Below, in pieces: positions 1-10,309 of a DNA stretch of 43,860 bases. Below the pieces are notes generated by a model. The model was not told where the DNA came from, searched no databases, and worked only from the letters and a program-made list of their open reading frames with translations. The stretch is from positions 1 through 43,860 of the forward strand of contig JAADGS010000035.1 in the NCBI GenBank assembly GCA_013152275.1. Reading direction: 5' to 3'. Made by a program: the position numbers and the translations under genes. Origin of the DNA: Actinomycetota bacterium. Its GTDB lineage: Bacteria; Actinomycetota; Acidimicrobiia; Spongiisociales; UBA4744. Numbering within the stretch: the first letter of the stretch is position 1; each line of letters starts with the position of its first letter.

Positions 1-533
1 CAACGGCGCTTCGGCATGCCCGACGTGCGGTGGCTCGACTCGAAGATCCCACGCCTACGAACGTCCTGTCGGTGGTTGCGGGCTCGTTCTTCGAGGAGAT
101 GGGCGGTGCTGCAGGGGCGCTGTTCGGAAGTTTCTTCCGGTCTGCCGCTCTCAGTTGTGCCGGTCATTCCACGATCGGTACGGCACAGCTCGCCGATGCC
201 ATCGAGGCAGGTACCGAGATGGTCGCACGGCGTGGCAACGCACACGCCGGCGACAAGACCATGATGGATGCCCTGTTACCGGCAGCCGGGGCCGGCCGAG
301 CCGCCGCCATCGCCGATATCCCGATCGGCGCCGCACTCGACAGGGTTGCAGCAGCGGCACGCCGCGGTGCGGCATCCACCACGACGATGGTCGCCTCGCT
401 GGGTCGCGCCCGCTATGCGGAAGGCAAGTCGGTTGGCATACAGGATCCGGGAGCCACCACGGTTGCGTTGATCATCGAGGCGTGGGCGGCTGCGGCCGGG
501 ACCGAGGAAGAGGGTGAACGTGAATCTCTCTGA
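1..533 (+). CDS. dhaL: Dihydroxyacetone kinase L-subunit (DAK2) domain protein, 5' truncated by the window edge
   Basis: Motifs MGGAAGALFGSFF, GDKTMMDAL, GRARY and DPGA are typical of DAK2. The frame is open to the window start. Confidence 0.85.
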   Translation, partial: TALRHARRAVARLEDPTPTNVLSVVAGSFFEEMGGAAGALFGSFFRSAALSCAGHSTIGTAQLADAIEAGTEMVARRGNAHAGDKTMMDALLPAAGAGRAAAIADIPIGAALDRVAAAARRGAASTTTMVASLGRARYAEGKSVGIQDPGATTVALIIEAWAAAAGTEEEGERESL

Positions 534-1968
534 CCGACCACGCCTGAGAATCGGCTACGTGGGTGTCGCATTCACCTCGTACTTCGGCGAGGAGTACAAC
601 CAGTACGAACGGGCGATCGACGGTCTCACGACGCTGTCGGAGCGCCTCGACTTCGATCTCGTACCGATCCGGCGACCAGTGACCGACATCGCCCTCGCCG
701 AGCAGGCCGCCGGTGAGCTGAGGGCAGGAGACATCGACTATCTCCTGATCCAGTGTGCCACGGTGGCCTCGGGAGAACTGCTCCCTCCGCTGGCCTCGGT
801 GGTGCCTCGCGTCGGCGTCTGGGGAACTCCGGACCCTCATCAGGAGGGGCCGATCGAGATCCACTCCCTTGTTGCGGTGAACCATTACACATCGATCATC
901 CGGCGCTACCTGGGTGCGCAAGGGCCGGTGTACAAGTGGTTCTTCGGGCATGTGGACGATGACCGGTTCGTTCGCCGCTTCGAGATCACCGTTCGAGCCC
1001 TCCGTGCCATCAAGGCGATGTCGACGGCTCGGGTCGGTTGGATAGGGGGGAACTCTCCCGGCTTCTACAACATGAACTTCGATGAAGAAGCCGTGAGCGC
1101 ACGCCTTGGCACCCGTGTCGTCGCTCACGACTTCTCGGAGATCGTCGATCTCACCGCCACCATTGACAGGGACGAAGCCCGGACCGTTGTCGCCGAACTC
1201 GCCGCCGCGGCGTCCGAGGTGCTGACGAGCGACGACTTCATGGAGCGGGGTGCGAGGTTGTACCTGGCGCTCAAGGAGTTCGCGCGAAGGAACGGGTATG
1301 CGGCCCTCGCCGTCCAGTGCTGGCCGAAGTTCCAGGACATCATGGCCATTGCGCCCTGCATGGCCTATGGCTGGCTCGGATCCGAGGACGGTTTCCCCGT
1401 GTCCTGTGAAGGCGACGTCCCCGGGGCGCTTTCGATGCTGCTGCTCAATGAGCTGAGCGACAACCCCGGGTCGTCGACCCTGCTGGACATGACGGCATTG
1501 GATCCGGCGGCGGAATCGATGCTCATGTGGCATTGTGGAGTCGCTCCCCGGCATTTCGCCGACGCCGACGGCATCCGCTGGGTCGACCATCCGACCCTCG
1601 GCCGCAAGTCGTCGGTGACGTACGGCGTCGCCGGCGATCAGGTGTTTGCGGCTCAGGATGCCACGATCGCCTACGTCGGTGACGATGCCTCGGAGTTACT
1701 GGTGGTTCGTGCCCGAATCGAGGAGCGCGACGTCAAGGGTTTCGACGGCACCCGGGGCTGGTTCACCGGATTCGAGCTCAACGGCGAACCGACCGAGCTC
1801 GTCGACCTCGTGAACACTCTGATGGTCGGTGGGCACGAGCACCACTACGCCGTCGCCCAGGGTGACCTCACAGACGAGCTGCTCGAAGTTGCAGCTTGGC
1901 TCGGCATGAGAACCGTCGACCGGGTCGCTCACAAGGTTTACCTACAACGACAGGGGGTGAACGTCTGA
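514..1968 (+). CDS. L-fucose/L-arabinose isomerase family protein
   Basis: 484 aa ORF with motifs ALAVQCWP, SCEGDVPGALSM, MWHCG and HEHHYAV, characteristic of FucI/AraA-like isomerases. Confidence 0.8.
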   Translation: MNVNLSDRPRLRIGYVGVAFTSYFGEEYNQYERAIDGLTTLSERLDFDLVPIRRPVTDIALAEQAAGELRAGDIDYLLIQCATVASGELLPPLASVVPRVGVWGTPDPHQEGPIEIHSLVAVNHYTSIIRRYLGAQGPVYKWFFGHVDDDRFVRRFEITVRALRAIKAMSTARVGWIGGNSPGFYNMNFDEEAVSARLGTRVVAHDFSEIVDLTATIDRDEARTVVAELAAAASEVLTSDDFMERGARLYLALKEFARRNGYAALAVQCWPKFQDIMAIAPCMAYGWLGSEDGFPVSCEGDVPGALSMLLLNELSDNPGSSTLLDMTALDPAAESMLMWHCGVAPRHFADADGIRWVDHPTLGRKSSVTYGVAGDQVFAAQDATIAYVGDDASELLVVRARIEERDVKGFDGTRGWFTGFELNGEPTELVDLVNTLMVGGHEHHYAVAQGDLTDELLEVAAWLGMRTVDRVAHKVYLQRQGVNV

Positions 1969-2104
1969 CGGTGAAGGGAGGTCGATTATCGGTCTAACAG
2001 CCGAGAAAGAGACAACAGGGTCTCACAGACATAGCCCCGATCCAAGCGGTGAAATTGCCGGGAGATCGGGACCACTCCAGCTTGGTAGCAAGGAGGAGAA
2101 ATAC

Positions 2105-3457
2105 ATGATACATCACAAGAGTGGCGGGAAAATCCTGCTGATGGTGATCGCCTTTGCTCTCGTGGTCGCCGCGTGCGGTACCAGCAGCGAGACGGCCACC
2201 ACGACGGCTCCGGCGGTCAGCCAAACGACTACGACATCGGGCGGCAATGACGTCACAACCACTGCGGCGCCCGCCGAAACGACCACGGCTCCATCCGGCG
2301 AGCCGATCGACGTTCCCGGATTCTCCACATGGGAAGAGGTGCTGGCGGCTGCCGACGGCACCACGGTGAACTGGTTCATGTGGGGTGGCAACGACAAGCT
2401 CAACGCGGACGTCGACAACGACATCGGCAAGGTCCTCAAGGAGCGCTACAACCTCACGCTGAACCGCGTGCCGATCACGGACACCGCCGACGCGGTGAAC
2501 AAGGTGCTCGATGAGGCCGCTGCGGGTGTCGACACCAACGGCACCGTCGACCTCATCTGGATCAATGGCGAGAACTTCCGCACGCTCAAGAGTGCGGGGC
2601 TGCTGTACGGGTCGTGGGCGGAGTCGCTGCCGAACGCAAAGTACGTCCCGTGGGACGATCCGGCGATCGCCAACGACTTCGGTGAACCGGTCGACGGTCT
2701 CGAATCGCCGTGGGGTCACGCCCAGTTCGTGTTCGAGTACGACACGGACTTCGTGTCCGAGGCACCGACCACGTTCGAGAAGCTCCAAGCCTGGGTCGAG
2801 GCGAATCCCGGTGGATTCACCTATCCGGCGATACCCGACTTCACGGGGAGCGTGTTCGTCCGCCAGGTCTTCTACTGGGTGGCCGGTGGTCCAGAACCGT
2901 TCCTCGGAGCGTTCGACCAGTCCGTGTTCGATCAGTATGCGCCCAAGGTGTGGGAGTACCTGAACGGTCTCGAGCCGAATCTGTGGCGGAACGGCGAGAC
3001 ATACCCGGAGTCCGCGGCCATGCAGGATCTCTTGGCCAACCAGGAGATCCACTTCAACATGACCTACAACCCGGCGCGTGCGTCGACGAAGATCGCAGAC
3101 GGGAGCTACCCGGAATCGATCAGGACTTTCGTGTTCGATACGGGAACCCTCTCCAACAACAACTATGTGACGATCCCGTTCAACGCACCCAATCCGGCTG
3201 GAGCGATGGTCCTCGCCAACTACATCATCTCGCCGGAGTTCCAGCTGATCATGGCGGACCCGGACCAGTGGGGATGGCTGATCCCGACCGATCCGACGAC
3301 GTGGCCGGCCAAGGATCAGGAGATCCTCGCGTCATACGGCACCGGTATCGCCACGCTCCCGGCCTCTGTGCTGACCGCACACGCCCTGCCCGAGCCGGCC
3401 GGTGACTGGGTGACGGCCATGGAGGCGGGCTGGATCAAGAACGTCCTCGAGAAATAA
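2105..3457 (+). CDS. ABC transporter substrate-binding lipoprotein, YnjB-like
   Basis: RBS AAGGAGG; lipobox LVVAAC; Thr-rich linker; YnjB-like motifs VNWFMWGG, DLIWINGENF, ESPWGHAQF and FTYPAIPDFTG. Confidence 0.85.
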   Translation: MIHHKSGGKILLMVIAFALVVAACGTSSETATTTAPAVSQTTTTSGGNDVTTTAAPAETTTAPSGEPIDVPGFSTWEEVLAAADGTTVNWFMWGGNDKLNADVDNDIGKVLKERYNLTLNRVPITDTADAVNKVLDEAAAGVDTNGTVDLIWINGENFRTLKSAGLLYGSWAESLPNAKYVPWDDPAIANDFGEPVDGLESPWGHAQFVFEYDTDFVSEAPTTFEKLQAWVEANPGGFTYPAIPDFTGSVFVRQVFYWVAGGPEPFLGAFDQSVFDQYAPKVWEYLNGLEPNLWRNGETYPESAAMQDLLANQEIHFNMTYNPARASTKIADGSYPESIRTFVFDTGTLSNNNYVTIPFNAPNPAGAMVLANYIISPEFQLIMADPDQWGWLIPTDPTTWPAKDQEILASYGTGIATLPASVLTAHALPEPAGDWVTAMEAGWIKNVLEK

Positions 3458-3467
3458 CACGCCAATC

Positions 3468-3502
3468 GGTGGGGGCGCGCTCGCGTCGGGCGCGCCCCCA
3501 CC
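3468..3502 (+). terminator. GC-rich intergenic hairpin after the SBP gene (mRNA stabiliser or partial terminator)
   Basis: 13-bp arms GGTGGGGGCGCGC / GCGCGCCCCCACC; no U-tract. Confidence 0.6.
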
Positions 3503-3526
3503 CCAACCCGAGGGAGACGAGACAGA

Positions 3527-4408
3527 TTGAACGGGCCACACACCATCCAACGTGTGAAAGATGGGCTCAGAATCCCGTTGATGTTGACGCCGGCTCTCGG
3601 TCTCGTGGTGCTGCTGTTCGGGGGTGGTCTCCTGGTCGGATTCGGACAGAGCCTCGGCTACTTTCCGGCGATCGGCCTGCATGATTTCACGCTCCGCTAC
3701 TACTTCTCGGTGTTCACCGACAAGAACTTCCTCCAATCGCTTTGGCTGACCTTCCGCATCGCCGCCGTGACCACCGTGCTGTCGAGTGTGCTGGCGGTGG
3801 GATTCACCCTCGTGCTCCGACAGAAATTCGCCGGGAGCCGAGTCGCAACATTCCTGTTTCAGGTGCCGCTTCCGGTTCCCCATCTCGTTGCCGCGAGCGG
3901 GATCGTCCTTCTCGTCACACAGAGCGGGCTGATAGCCCGCTTCTTGGCCGCCCTCGGTCTGATCAATGTCCCTGCGGACTTTCCGGCCCTCGTTTTCGAC
4001 AGGGCCGGGATCAGCATCGTGCTGACGTTTCTATGGAAAGAGGTTCCGTTCATCGGACTCGTCGTACTGGCGATTCTCCAGAGTGTCGGCCCGCAGTACG
4101 AGGAGCTGGCCCGAACTCTCGGCGCCAACGCGCGACAGCGCTTCTTCTCGGTGCTGCTGCCGCTCATCATGCCCGGGATCCTGTCGACATCGATCATCAT
4201 CTTCGCCTTCACCTTCGGCAACTACGAGATCCCGCTGTTGCTGGGTGTGCGTTTTCCGGCCACGCTTCCCGTGGTCGCGTACCGCCAGTACCAGGACCCC
4301 GATCTCGCGCTGAGACCCGAGGCGATGGCGATCAGCATCATCCTCGCCGTCGTCGCGGTATTACTGCTCGTGGCCTACCGGCGCCTCGCCCGATATGCGG
4401 TGAGGTGA
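3527..4408 (+). CDS. ABC transporter permease
   Basis: Hydrophobic helices and EAA loop YEELARTLGA. Start uncertain. Confidence 0.85.
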   Translation: MNGPHTIQRVKDGLRIPLMLTPALGLVVLLFGGGLLVGFGQSLGYFPAIGLHDFTLRYYFSVFTDKNFLQSLWLTFRIAAVTTVLSSVLAVGFTLVLRQKFAGSRVATFLFQVPLPVPHLVAASGIVLLVTQSGLIARFLAALGLINVPADFPALVFDRAGISIVLTFLWKEVPFIGLVVLAILQSVGPQYEELARTLGANARQRFFSVLLPLIMPGILSTSIIIFAFTFGNYEIPLLLGVRFPATLPVVAYRQYQDPDLALRPEAMAISIILAVVAVLLLVAYRRLARYAVR

Positions 4409-4412
4409 TCCT

Positions 4413-5297
4413 GTGACACTCGACACGAAGTCCCCAGAGGCGCCGCCGGCCGAACCGCAAAGCTACGTCGATCCCGCAGAGGCACCGTCGATGGCCACAC
4501 GATGGGTGCGCCGGCTCACGGTCGCCTCGATCGCCCTGATCGTGGTCCTCCCGATGGGAACGCTCGTCGTGTGGTCCTTCGCATTTCGATGGAACTTTCC
4601 CAACCTGCTCCCGACCGAGTGGGGCATGAGGGCCTGGACCTACGTCGCCAACGACTCCTCTCGAGTTCTGGAGGGCCTCTGGAACAGCAGCAAGGTCGGT
4701 GCGCTCGTGACGATCATGTCGATTGCCGTGGGGCTTCCGGCCTCGCGGGCGCTGGGACAGCATGAGTTTCGGGGAAAGTCGCTCGTCGAATGGCTGCTGC
4801 TCATGCCGATCATCGTGCCGACGCTCGTGGCGACGATGGGAATCCACCAGATCTTCATCCGACTTCGGCTGACCGAGACGCTGTTCGGTGTGGCGCTCGT
4901 GCACCTGATACCGGCGATCCCGTATTTCGTGCTCGTCATGGCGAGTGTCTTCGCCAACTACGGCACTGCCCTCGAAGAGACCGCACGAACCCTGGGAGCA
5001 AGCAAGTTGCGCGTGTTCCGCCATGTGACGCTGCCGGCGATCTCGTCGGGTCTGTTGGTGGCCTCCATGTTCACCTTCCTGATCTCGTGGGGTCAGTACG
5101 TCACGACGTTGCTGATCGGAGGTGGCACGTTCATCACGCTTCCGCTCGTGTTGTTCCCGTTCCTGAGTGGGGGGAACCATGCAACCGCGGCGGCCATCAG
5201 CCTCGTCTTTATCGCTCCAGCGGTCGCCGTGCTCGTGATGACGTCGCGTCAGCTCAGCCGTGAGTCCACTGTTATGGGAGGTTTTGGAAAGTTATGA
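4413..5297 (+). CDS. ABC transporter permease
   Basis: Hydrophobic helices and EAA loop LEETARTLGAS. Confidence 0.85.
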   Translation: MTLDTKSPEAPPAEPQSYVDPAEAPSMATRWVRRLTVASIALIVVLPMGTLVVWSFAFRWNFPNLLPTEWGMRAWTYVANDSSRVLEGLWNSSKVGALVTIMSIAVGLPASRALGQHEFRGKSLVEWLLLMPIIVPTLVATMGIHQIFIRLRLTETLFGVALVHLIPAIPYFVLVMASVFANYGTALEETARTLGASKLRVFRHVTLPAISSGLLVASMFTFLISWGQYVTTLLIGGGTFITLPLVLFPFLSGGNHATAAAISLVFIAPAVAVLVMTSRQLSRESTVMGGFGKL

Positions 5298-6406
5298 CAG
5301 ACGTTTCACTTCGGCAGCTCTCTCGCAGATTCGGTGACCACGTTGCCGTCCAAGAACTCAATCTCGACATCGAATCGGGTGAGATGGTGGCGTTCCTCGG
5401 TCCGTCCGGGTGTGGGAAGACGACCACACTGCGCATGATCACCGGGCTCATCCGGCCAACGTCGGGTGACGTCCTCTTTGGTGGCAGGTCGGTGCTCGGA
5501 GTGCCGACCGAGCGGCGCGGCGCCGTACTGATGTTCCAGAAGCATCTCCTGTTTCCGACGATGAATGTGGCCCAGAACGTCGGGTTCGGCTTGAAGATGG
5601 CCGGTGTCGACAAGGCCGAGATCGCCAGACGGGTGAGCGAGATGCTCGAACTCGTCGAGCTTCCCGGGCTGGAGACGCGCAAGGCCCATGAGTTGTCGGG
5701 CGGTCAGCAGCAGCGGGTCGCGCTCGCCCGGGCTCTTGTGGTCGGTCCCGAGGTCCTCCTGCTCGACGAGCCGTTGGCGAACCTCGACGCCAACCTGCGC
5801 ATCACGATGCGTCAGCTCATTCGCTCCATACAACGCGAACTGGGGATCACCGCCATCTTCGTCACCCATGACCAGGAGGAGGCGGTGATGCTGGCCGATC
5901 GGGTCGCCCTCATGTTCGACGGAGTCCTCCAGCAGGTTGGTGCGCCCGATGCGTTCTTCCGTTGTCCCCGAACGATCGGTGTGGCCCACTTCTTTCGCAA
6001 CACCAACTTCCTCAGAGGACGTCGCACGGGTTCGACGGTGCACACCGAGGTGGGCGCCATCGAGGTCGATTCATCCAAGGTGCCGGCAGGAAACGGGCCG
6101 GTCGTGTTGACGGTCCGACCCGAAGAAGTTCAATTGGTCACGGGTGAAACCGGTCGGAACAACGTCGTCCCGGCCACGGTGACCTCACTCATCTATATGG
6201 GATCCTTCACACAGCTCGTCGTGGAGATCGGTGGCTCGACATGGCACGTTCAGGGTCCGGCGACACTCCGGGTCGACGAGGGAGACAGAATCCATCTCTG
6301 TCTCCCACGCGAGCACATCTGGATCGTGGAGGACGACTCGAGCGCCGTCGATGGTGACCAGGAGGTCCCCACTTCCTTCGCAGACGAGAAATCGGTCTCG
6401 ATGTGA
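5294..6406 (+). CDS. ABC transporter ATP-binding protein (PotA-like, C-terminal TOBE region)
   Basis: GPSGCGKT, LSGGQQQRV, LLLDEP, VTHD; ATGA overlap with the upstream gene. Confidence 0.92.
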   Translation: MTDVSLRQLSRRFGDHVAVQELNLDIESGEMVAFLGPSGCGKTTTLRMITGLIRPTSGDVLFGGRSVLGVPTERRGAVLMFQKHLLFPTMNVAQNVGFGLKMAGVDKAEIARRVSEMLELVELPGLETRKAHELSGGQQQRVALARALVVGPEVLLLDEPLANLDANLRITMRQLIRSIQRELGITAIFVTHDQEEAVMLADRVALMFDGVLQQVGAPDAFFRCPRTIGVAHFFRNTNFLRGRRTGSTVHTEVGAIEVDSSKVPAGNGPVVLTVRPEEVQLVTGETGRNNVVPATVTSLIYMGSFTQLVVEIGGSTWHVQGPATLRVDEGDRIHLCLPREHIWIVEDDSSAVDGDQEVPTSFADEKSVSM

Positions 6407-7368
6407 CGGTCACACTCGAAGGCGCCAAACCCGATGCGCGAGGCGGCCTGCCGCTCGGGAAACGAAGAGGTCTCCAGGTGATGTCCACGCCTGAGAAGGT
6501 GTTTGCGATCCTTGCGATCGACCACATAGGGGCACTCTCGTCGATCGTCCGTCCTCACGATCCCGCCTCCATGACGCGCCAGGAACTGATCTCCATCAAG
6601 GTTCGGCTCGTCGACTCGATCGCGGATCTTGCGTCAGGCGTGCTGATCGATCCCGTTCTCGGCCTCGGCCCGATCATCGATGGGAATGTGCTGCCCGGCG
6701 ATACCGGATTGCTGGTCGCCCTGGAAGACGGCGACTATGCATCCCTCGACAACGCACCAAGACTCTTCGAGGACTGGAACGTTGCTCGCGCCGCGAGGTC
6801 TGGAGCAACGGCGATCAAGTGCTCGTTCCTGTACGACCCGTTCTCGCCGTCCGATGCCGTGCACGAATTCGTATCGAGCCTTGTGGCCGACTGCGAACGC
6901 CTCGGCCTTCCGTTGTTCGCGGAGCCGCTTACGCCGCACGCGTTGCAGGCCGATCGTCGTTCGGTCGTCGTTCAGGCGGCTCGCAAGATCGGCGCCCTGG
7001 GCGTCGACGTTCTCAAACTCGAGTTTCCTATCGATGGGTCGTCGGACGAACACGAATGGCGGGACGCGTGCCTCGAACTCACGGACGCGAGCCCGAAGCC
7101 GTGGACGCTGCTGTCGGCGGGCGAGGATTTCGAGACCTTTGGACGGCAACTCGAGGTCGCATGCGGGGCGGGCGCATCGGGATACGTGGCAGGGCGCACC
7201 GTATGGAAAGACCTCGTGGCCGGCACCCGGTCCGGCGCCGACGACGCAACGCGCGAGGCGAAGCGACGGTTTCGACATCTCACCGACATCGCCGTGGGGC
7301 ACGCAACACCGTGGACAGCGCGGTTCGAGGGGTCTTCGGTGAGCAGCAAACCCAACGACAGGCGATGA
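6403..7368 (+). CDS. Class I aldolase, tagatose-1,6-bisphosphate (LacD)/sulfofructosephosphate aldolase family
   Basis: LAIDH, DVLKLEFP (Schiff-base Lys), WTLLSAG and GASGYVAGRTVW. Confidence 0.8.
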   Translation: MTVTLEGAKPDARGGLPLGKRRGLQVMSTPEKVFAILAIDHIGALSSIVRPHDPASMTRQELISIKVRLVDSIADLASGVLIDPVLGLGPIIDGNVLPGDTGLLVALEDGDYASLDNAPRLFEDWNVARAARSGATAIKCSFLYDPFSPSDAVHEFVSSLVADCERLGLPLFAEPLTPHALQADRRSVVVQAARKIGALGVDVLKLEFPIDGSSDEHEWRDACLELTDASPKPWTLLSAGEDFETFGRQLEVACGAGASGYVAGRTVWKDLVAGTRSGADDATREAKRRFRHLTDIAVGHATPWTARFEGSSVSSKPNDRR

Positions 7369-7381
7369 GAAAGAGGAGCGA

Positions 7382-8485
7382 ATGACCATGAAGACGGTGT
7401 TCCCCGAGGTTCCGGCGGAGCTGCGCTCGCGGTTCCTCGAGCCGCCGACCGGTCGGGTCCGTGTCGTCATCGACACGGATGCCGCGAACGAGATCGACGA
7501 TCAGTTTGCGATCGCCTGGGCGCTGCAGTCCCCGGATCGGCTCGAGATAGAAGCGGTGCTCGCGGAGCCATACTCGTTCAGGCACCTTCGTGACGGTCTC
7601 CTCGAGGCGGCGGCCCTCATCGACGGCAAACAGCAGACGACCGAGGCCGAAAGCGCCTTGATCGACTCCTACAGCAGCTGGGTCCTCGGCCTGCGGGAGG
7701 CGGGCATCGACCCTCACCGGCTCGAGTTCGTCGGCCCCGACGAAGGTATGCAGCTCAGCTACGAAGAGATACTCCGGGTGTTCGAACGGACCGGCGTGGC
7801 GTCGGAGGGCAAGGTGTTTCGGGGGTCGGACGGCTATCTGCCGTCTGTGGACGAGCCGCTCGACAGCCCGGCGGTCGACCGGCTCATCGAACTCGCCATG
7901 GCGCCCGGCGACGATCCGCTGTACGTCGTTGCGATCGGTTGTGTCACCAACGTGGCGTCCGCCATCCTCAAGGCGCCGGAGATCATCAAGAAGATCGTGG
8001 TTCTCTGGACATCGGGCTACCCGACGTGGTGCCCGCAGTCCAACGCCCACTCTCTCAACTTCGTGCAGGACATTCCGGCTTCCCGACTCCTGTTCGACAG
8101 CGGCGTGCCGCTCGTCTACTTCCCGGGCTACTACATCGGGGCCCAACTGCGGATCTCGCTTCCCGAAATGGAGAGATGGGTTCGCGGACGTGGCGCGATA
8201 GGTGACTACCTCCACCATCTCTATGTCGACAATCCCATCTATGCGCAGCGTGGAATCCGCGATCACTTCGGTCGAACCTGGGTGATCTGGGACATGATCA
8301 CGCTGGCCTGGCTCATCGAGCCGACATGGGTACCGACCACGGTGATCCCGACCCCGACGCTCGACGACGACCTCTGCTGGTCACCCAGGCCCGGGTCGCA
8401 GTGGCCGATGCGAGAGGCGCATGGCATCGATCGGGACGCGATATTCCGTGATTTCTTCCGCAGACTCGAGCGTGCCTCGCGATGA
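7382..8485 (+). CDS. Nucleoside hydrolase (IU-NH family)
   Basis: DTDAANEIDDQFA (DxDxxxDD-like), IGCVTNVA and VIWD; RBS GAGGAG. Confidence 0.85.
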   Translation: MTMKTVFPEVPAELRSRFLEPPTGRVRVVIDTDAANEIDDQFAIAWALQSPDRLEIEAVLAEPYSFRHLRDGLLEAAALIDGKQQTTEAESALIDSYSSWVLGLREAGIDPHRLEFVGPDEGMQLSYEEILRVFERTGVASEGKVFRGSDGYLPSVDEPLDSPAVDRLIELAMAPGDDPLYVVAIGCVTNVASAILKAPEIIKKIVVLWTSGYPTWCPQSNAHSLNFVQDIPASRLLFDSGVPLVYFPGYYIGAQLRISLPEMERWVRGRGAIGDYLHHLYVDNPIYAQRGIRDHFGRTWVIWDMITLAWLIEPTWVPTTVIPTPTLDDDLCWSPRPGSQWPMREAHGIDRDAIFRDFFRRLERASR

Positions 8486-9249
8486 GTGATGGCGTGTCCG
8501 CCGCACGGTCCATCCTGGACATGAGTCCCGATGCGTGGCAGCACGCCCTCCAGCTCCCCGATGACGATCTGCCCATTGCCGTCATCAGCGAGGGCTCGTG
8601 GTGGCGCGAGCAGCGAACCCGCTGGAGGCTCGGCGCACTCGACGGCGTCCGTGAACTGACGTTTCCCGACATGTTCCTCGGGCGATGGCGAGATCGGCCC
8701 GTCGTCTACTGCTGCGCCTACGGGGCACCCCGAACCGTCGAGGTGGTGCACCTCTTCGGGGCTCTCGGTGCACGCCTCGCGATACAGATCGGAACCTGTG
8801 GTGGTCTGCAAGGCGTGCTGCAACCCGGAGACGTCGTCGTGCCGGACAAGGCCGCGTGTCAGGAGGGCATCGCCCGGATCTACGGTGCCGGAGACCACAC
8901 ACCGGCGAACCCCGAATGGAGCGATCGGGCACGTTCGCTGCTCACGACACGGGGCCACACCGTTCACAAGGGTACGAACTTGACGTGGTTCTCCATCTTC
9001 GCCCAGAGCGGAGCGATGGTCGAGGCCTGGCACGATGCCGGGTACCTCTCGGTGGACATGGAAACGGCCACGACGTTGGCCGTCTCCCGATACTTCGACA
9101 TGCCGGCCGTGTCGATGCTCGTCGTGTGGGACGAGCTGCTCCAAGGGCGCAGCTTCCTCGATCCGCTCGAACCGGCCGCACAACGAAGGCTCGACGACGC
9201 CAACGAGGCGGTCTTCGAGGTCGCTCTGGATCTCGTTCAGGCCCTCTGA
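8482..9249 (+). CDS. Nucleoside phosphorylase (PNP/UDP_1 family)
   Basis: YGAP, IQIGTCGGL, GDVVVP and SVDMETA. Confidence 0.8.
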   Translation: MSDGVSAARSILDMSPDAWQHALQLPDDDLPIAVISEGSWWREQRTRWRLGALDGVRELTFPDMFLGRWRDRPVVYCCAYGAPRTVEVVHLFGALGARLAIQIGTCGGLQGVLQPGDVVVPDKAACQEGIARIYGAGDHTPANPEWSDRARSLLTTRGHTVHKGTNLTWFSIFAQSGAMVEAWHDAGYLSVDMETATTLAVSRYFDMPAVSMLVVWDELLQGRSFLDPLEPAAQRRLDDANEAVFEVALDLVQAL

Positions 9250-9333
9250 CATGACCGCCCATCACCAACACGAATCGCTGCGGCGGGCCTCTCATGGCAC
9301 GCCGGCGGCGACTACCGCACAGGGGAGAGATAC

Positions 9334-10299
9334 ATGATGACACTTGGGAGTGACACCCTCACCGGGTTGTGGGAACGTATGGTCCGTATCCGGATCTTCG
9401 AGGCGCGGGTGAGTGCTGTCGCCGAGGCCAAGCTGGTCGACGGATACCTGCACACCTACGCCGGGCAGGAAGCCGTCGCGTGCGGGATCATCCCGCTCCT
9501 TCGCGAGGACGACTGGTTCACCTCCACCTACCGCAACCACGGCCACGCCATCGCCCGCGACATCCCACTCGACGCGATCGCTGGAGAGATCTACGGCAAG
9601 GCAACCGGAGTGTGTGGTGGGAAAGGCGGTTCGATGCACGTCGCGGACCAGACCCGGGGGATGATCGGCGGCATGGGCATCGTTGCCGGAGGTCTGCCCA
9701 TCGCCACCGGAGCGGCCCTCGCATCACGGTATCTCGGTCGAGATTCGGTGGCGGTGGCATTCTTCGGCGACGGTGCGGTCCACCAGGGGGCATGGCACGA
9801 GGCTCTCGATTTCGCAGGTCTCTTTCAGTGTCCTGTGATCTTCGTCTGCGAGAACAACCTCTACGCGGAGACCACCGCCGTGGACTACCACCTCCTTGCC
9901 GGATCGGTGGCGGCGATGACCGCGCCGTACGGCATCCCTTCGGTGCAGGTCGACGGCATGGATGTCTTCTCCGTACGGGAGGCCGGGGAGGAGGCGATCG
10001 CACGTGCCCGCGGCGGGGAGGGCCCGAGTCTCATCGAGGCGATGACCTACCGCTATGGCGGACAGTACGAGGGCGACACACAGACGTACAAGCCTCCGAA
10101 GGAGGTGGCCTGGTGGCGTGATCGGGATCCGTTGCTCAGGTTCCGGGCATCCGTGGCAGGCCGAGTCGACTCCACCGTTCTGGACACCATCGAGCGCACG
10201 GTCGCCGAGGAGGTTGCCGCGGCGTTCGACGCAGCCGAACGTGCACCCTGGCCGGATCTGACCCAGGTCACCGCCGACGTGTACACCCCTACTGCATGA
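9334..10299 (+). CDS. acoA: ThDP-dependent dehydrogenase E1 alpha, acetoin dehydrogenase-like
   Basis: HTYAGQEA, GKGGSMH and GDGA...CENN ThDP-binding motif. Substrate not established. Confidence 0.8.
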   Translation: MMTLGSDTLTGLWERMVRIRIFEARVSAVAEAKLVDGYLHTYAGQEAVACGIIPLLREDDWFTSTYRNHGHAIARDIPLDAIAGEIYGKATGVCGGKGGSMHVADQTRGMIGGMGIVAGGLPIATGAALASRYLGRDSVAVAFFGDGAVHQGAWHEALDFAGLFQCPVIFVCENNLYAETTAVDYHLLAGSVAAMTAPYGIPSVQVDGMDVFSVREAGEEAIARARGGEGPSLIEAMTYRYGGQYEGDTQTYKPPKEVAWWRDRDPLLRFRASVAGRVDSTVLDTIERTVAEEVAAAFDAAERAPWPDLTQVTADVYTPTA

Positions 10300-10309
10300 G
10301 GAGCAGCTC

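Noticed and set aside
1969..2104. Possible riboswitch upstream of the YnjB-like SBP
   Set aside because: No TPP or other aptamer consensus was recognised; only a 5-bp hairpin is present.
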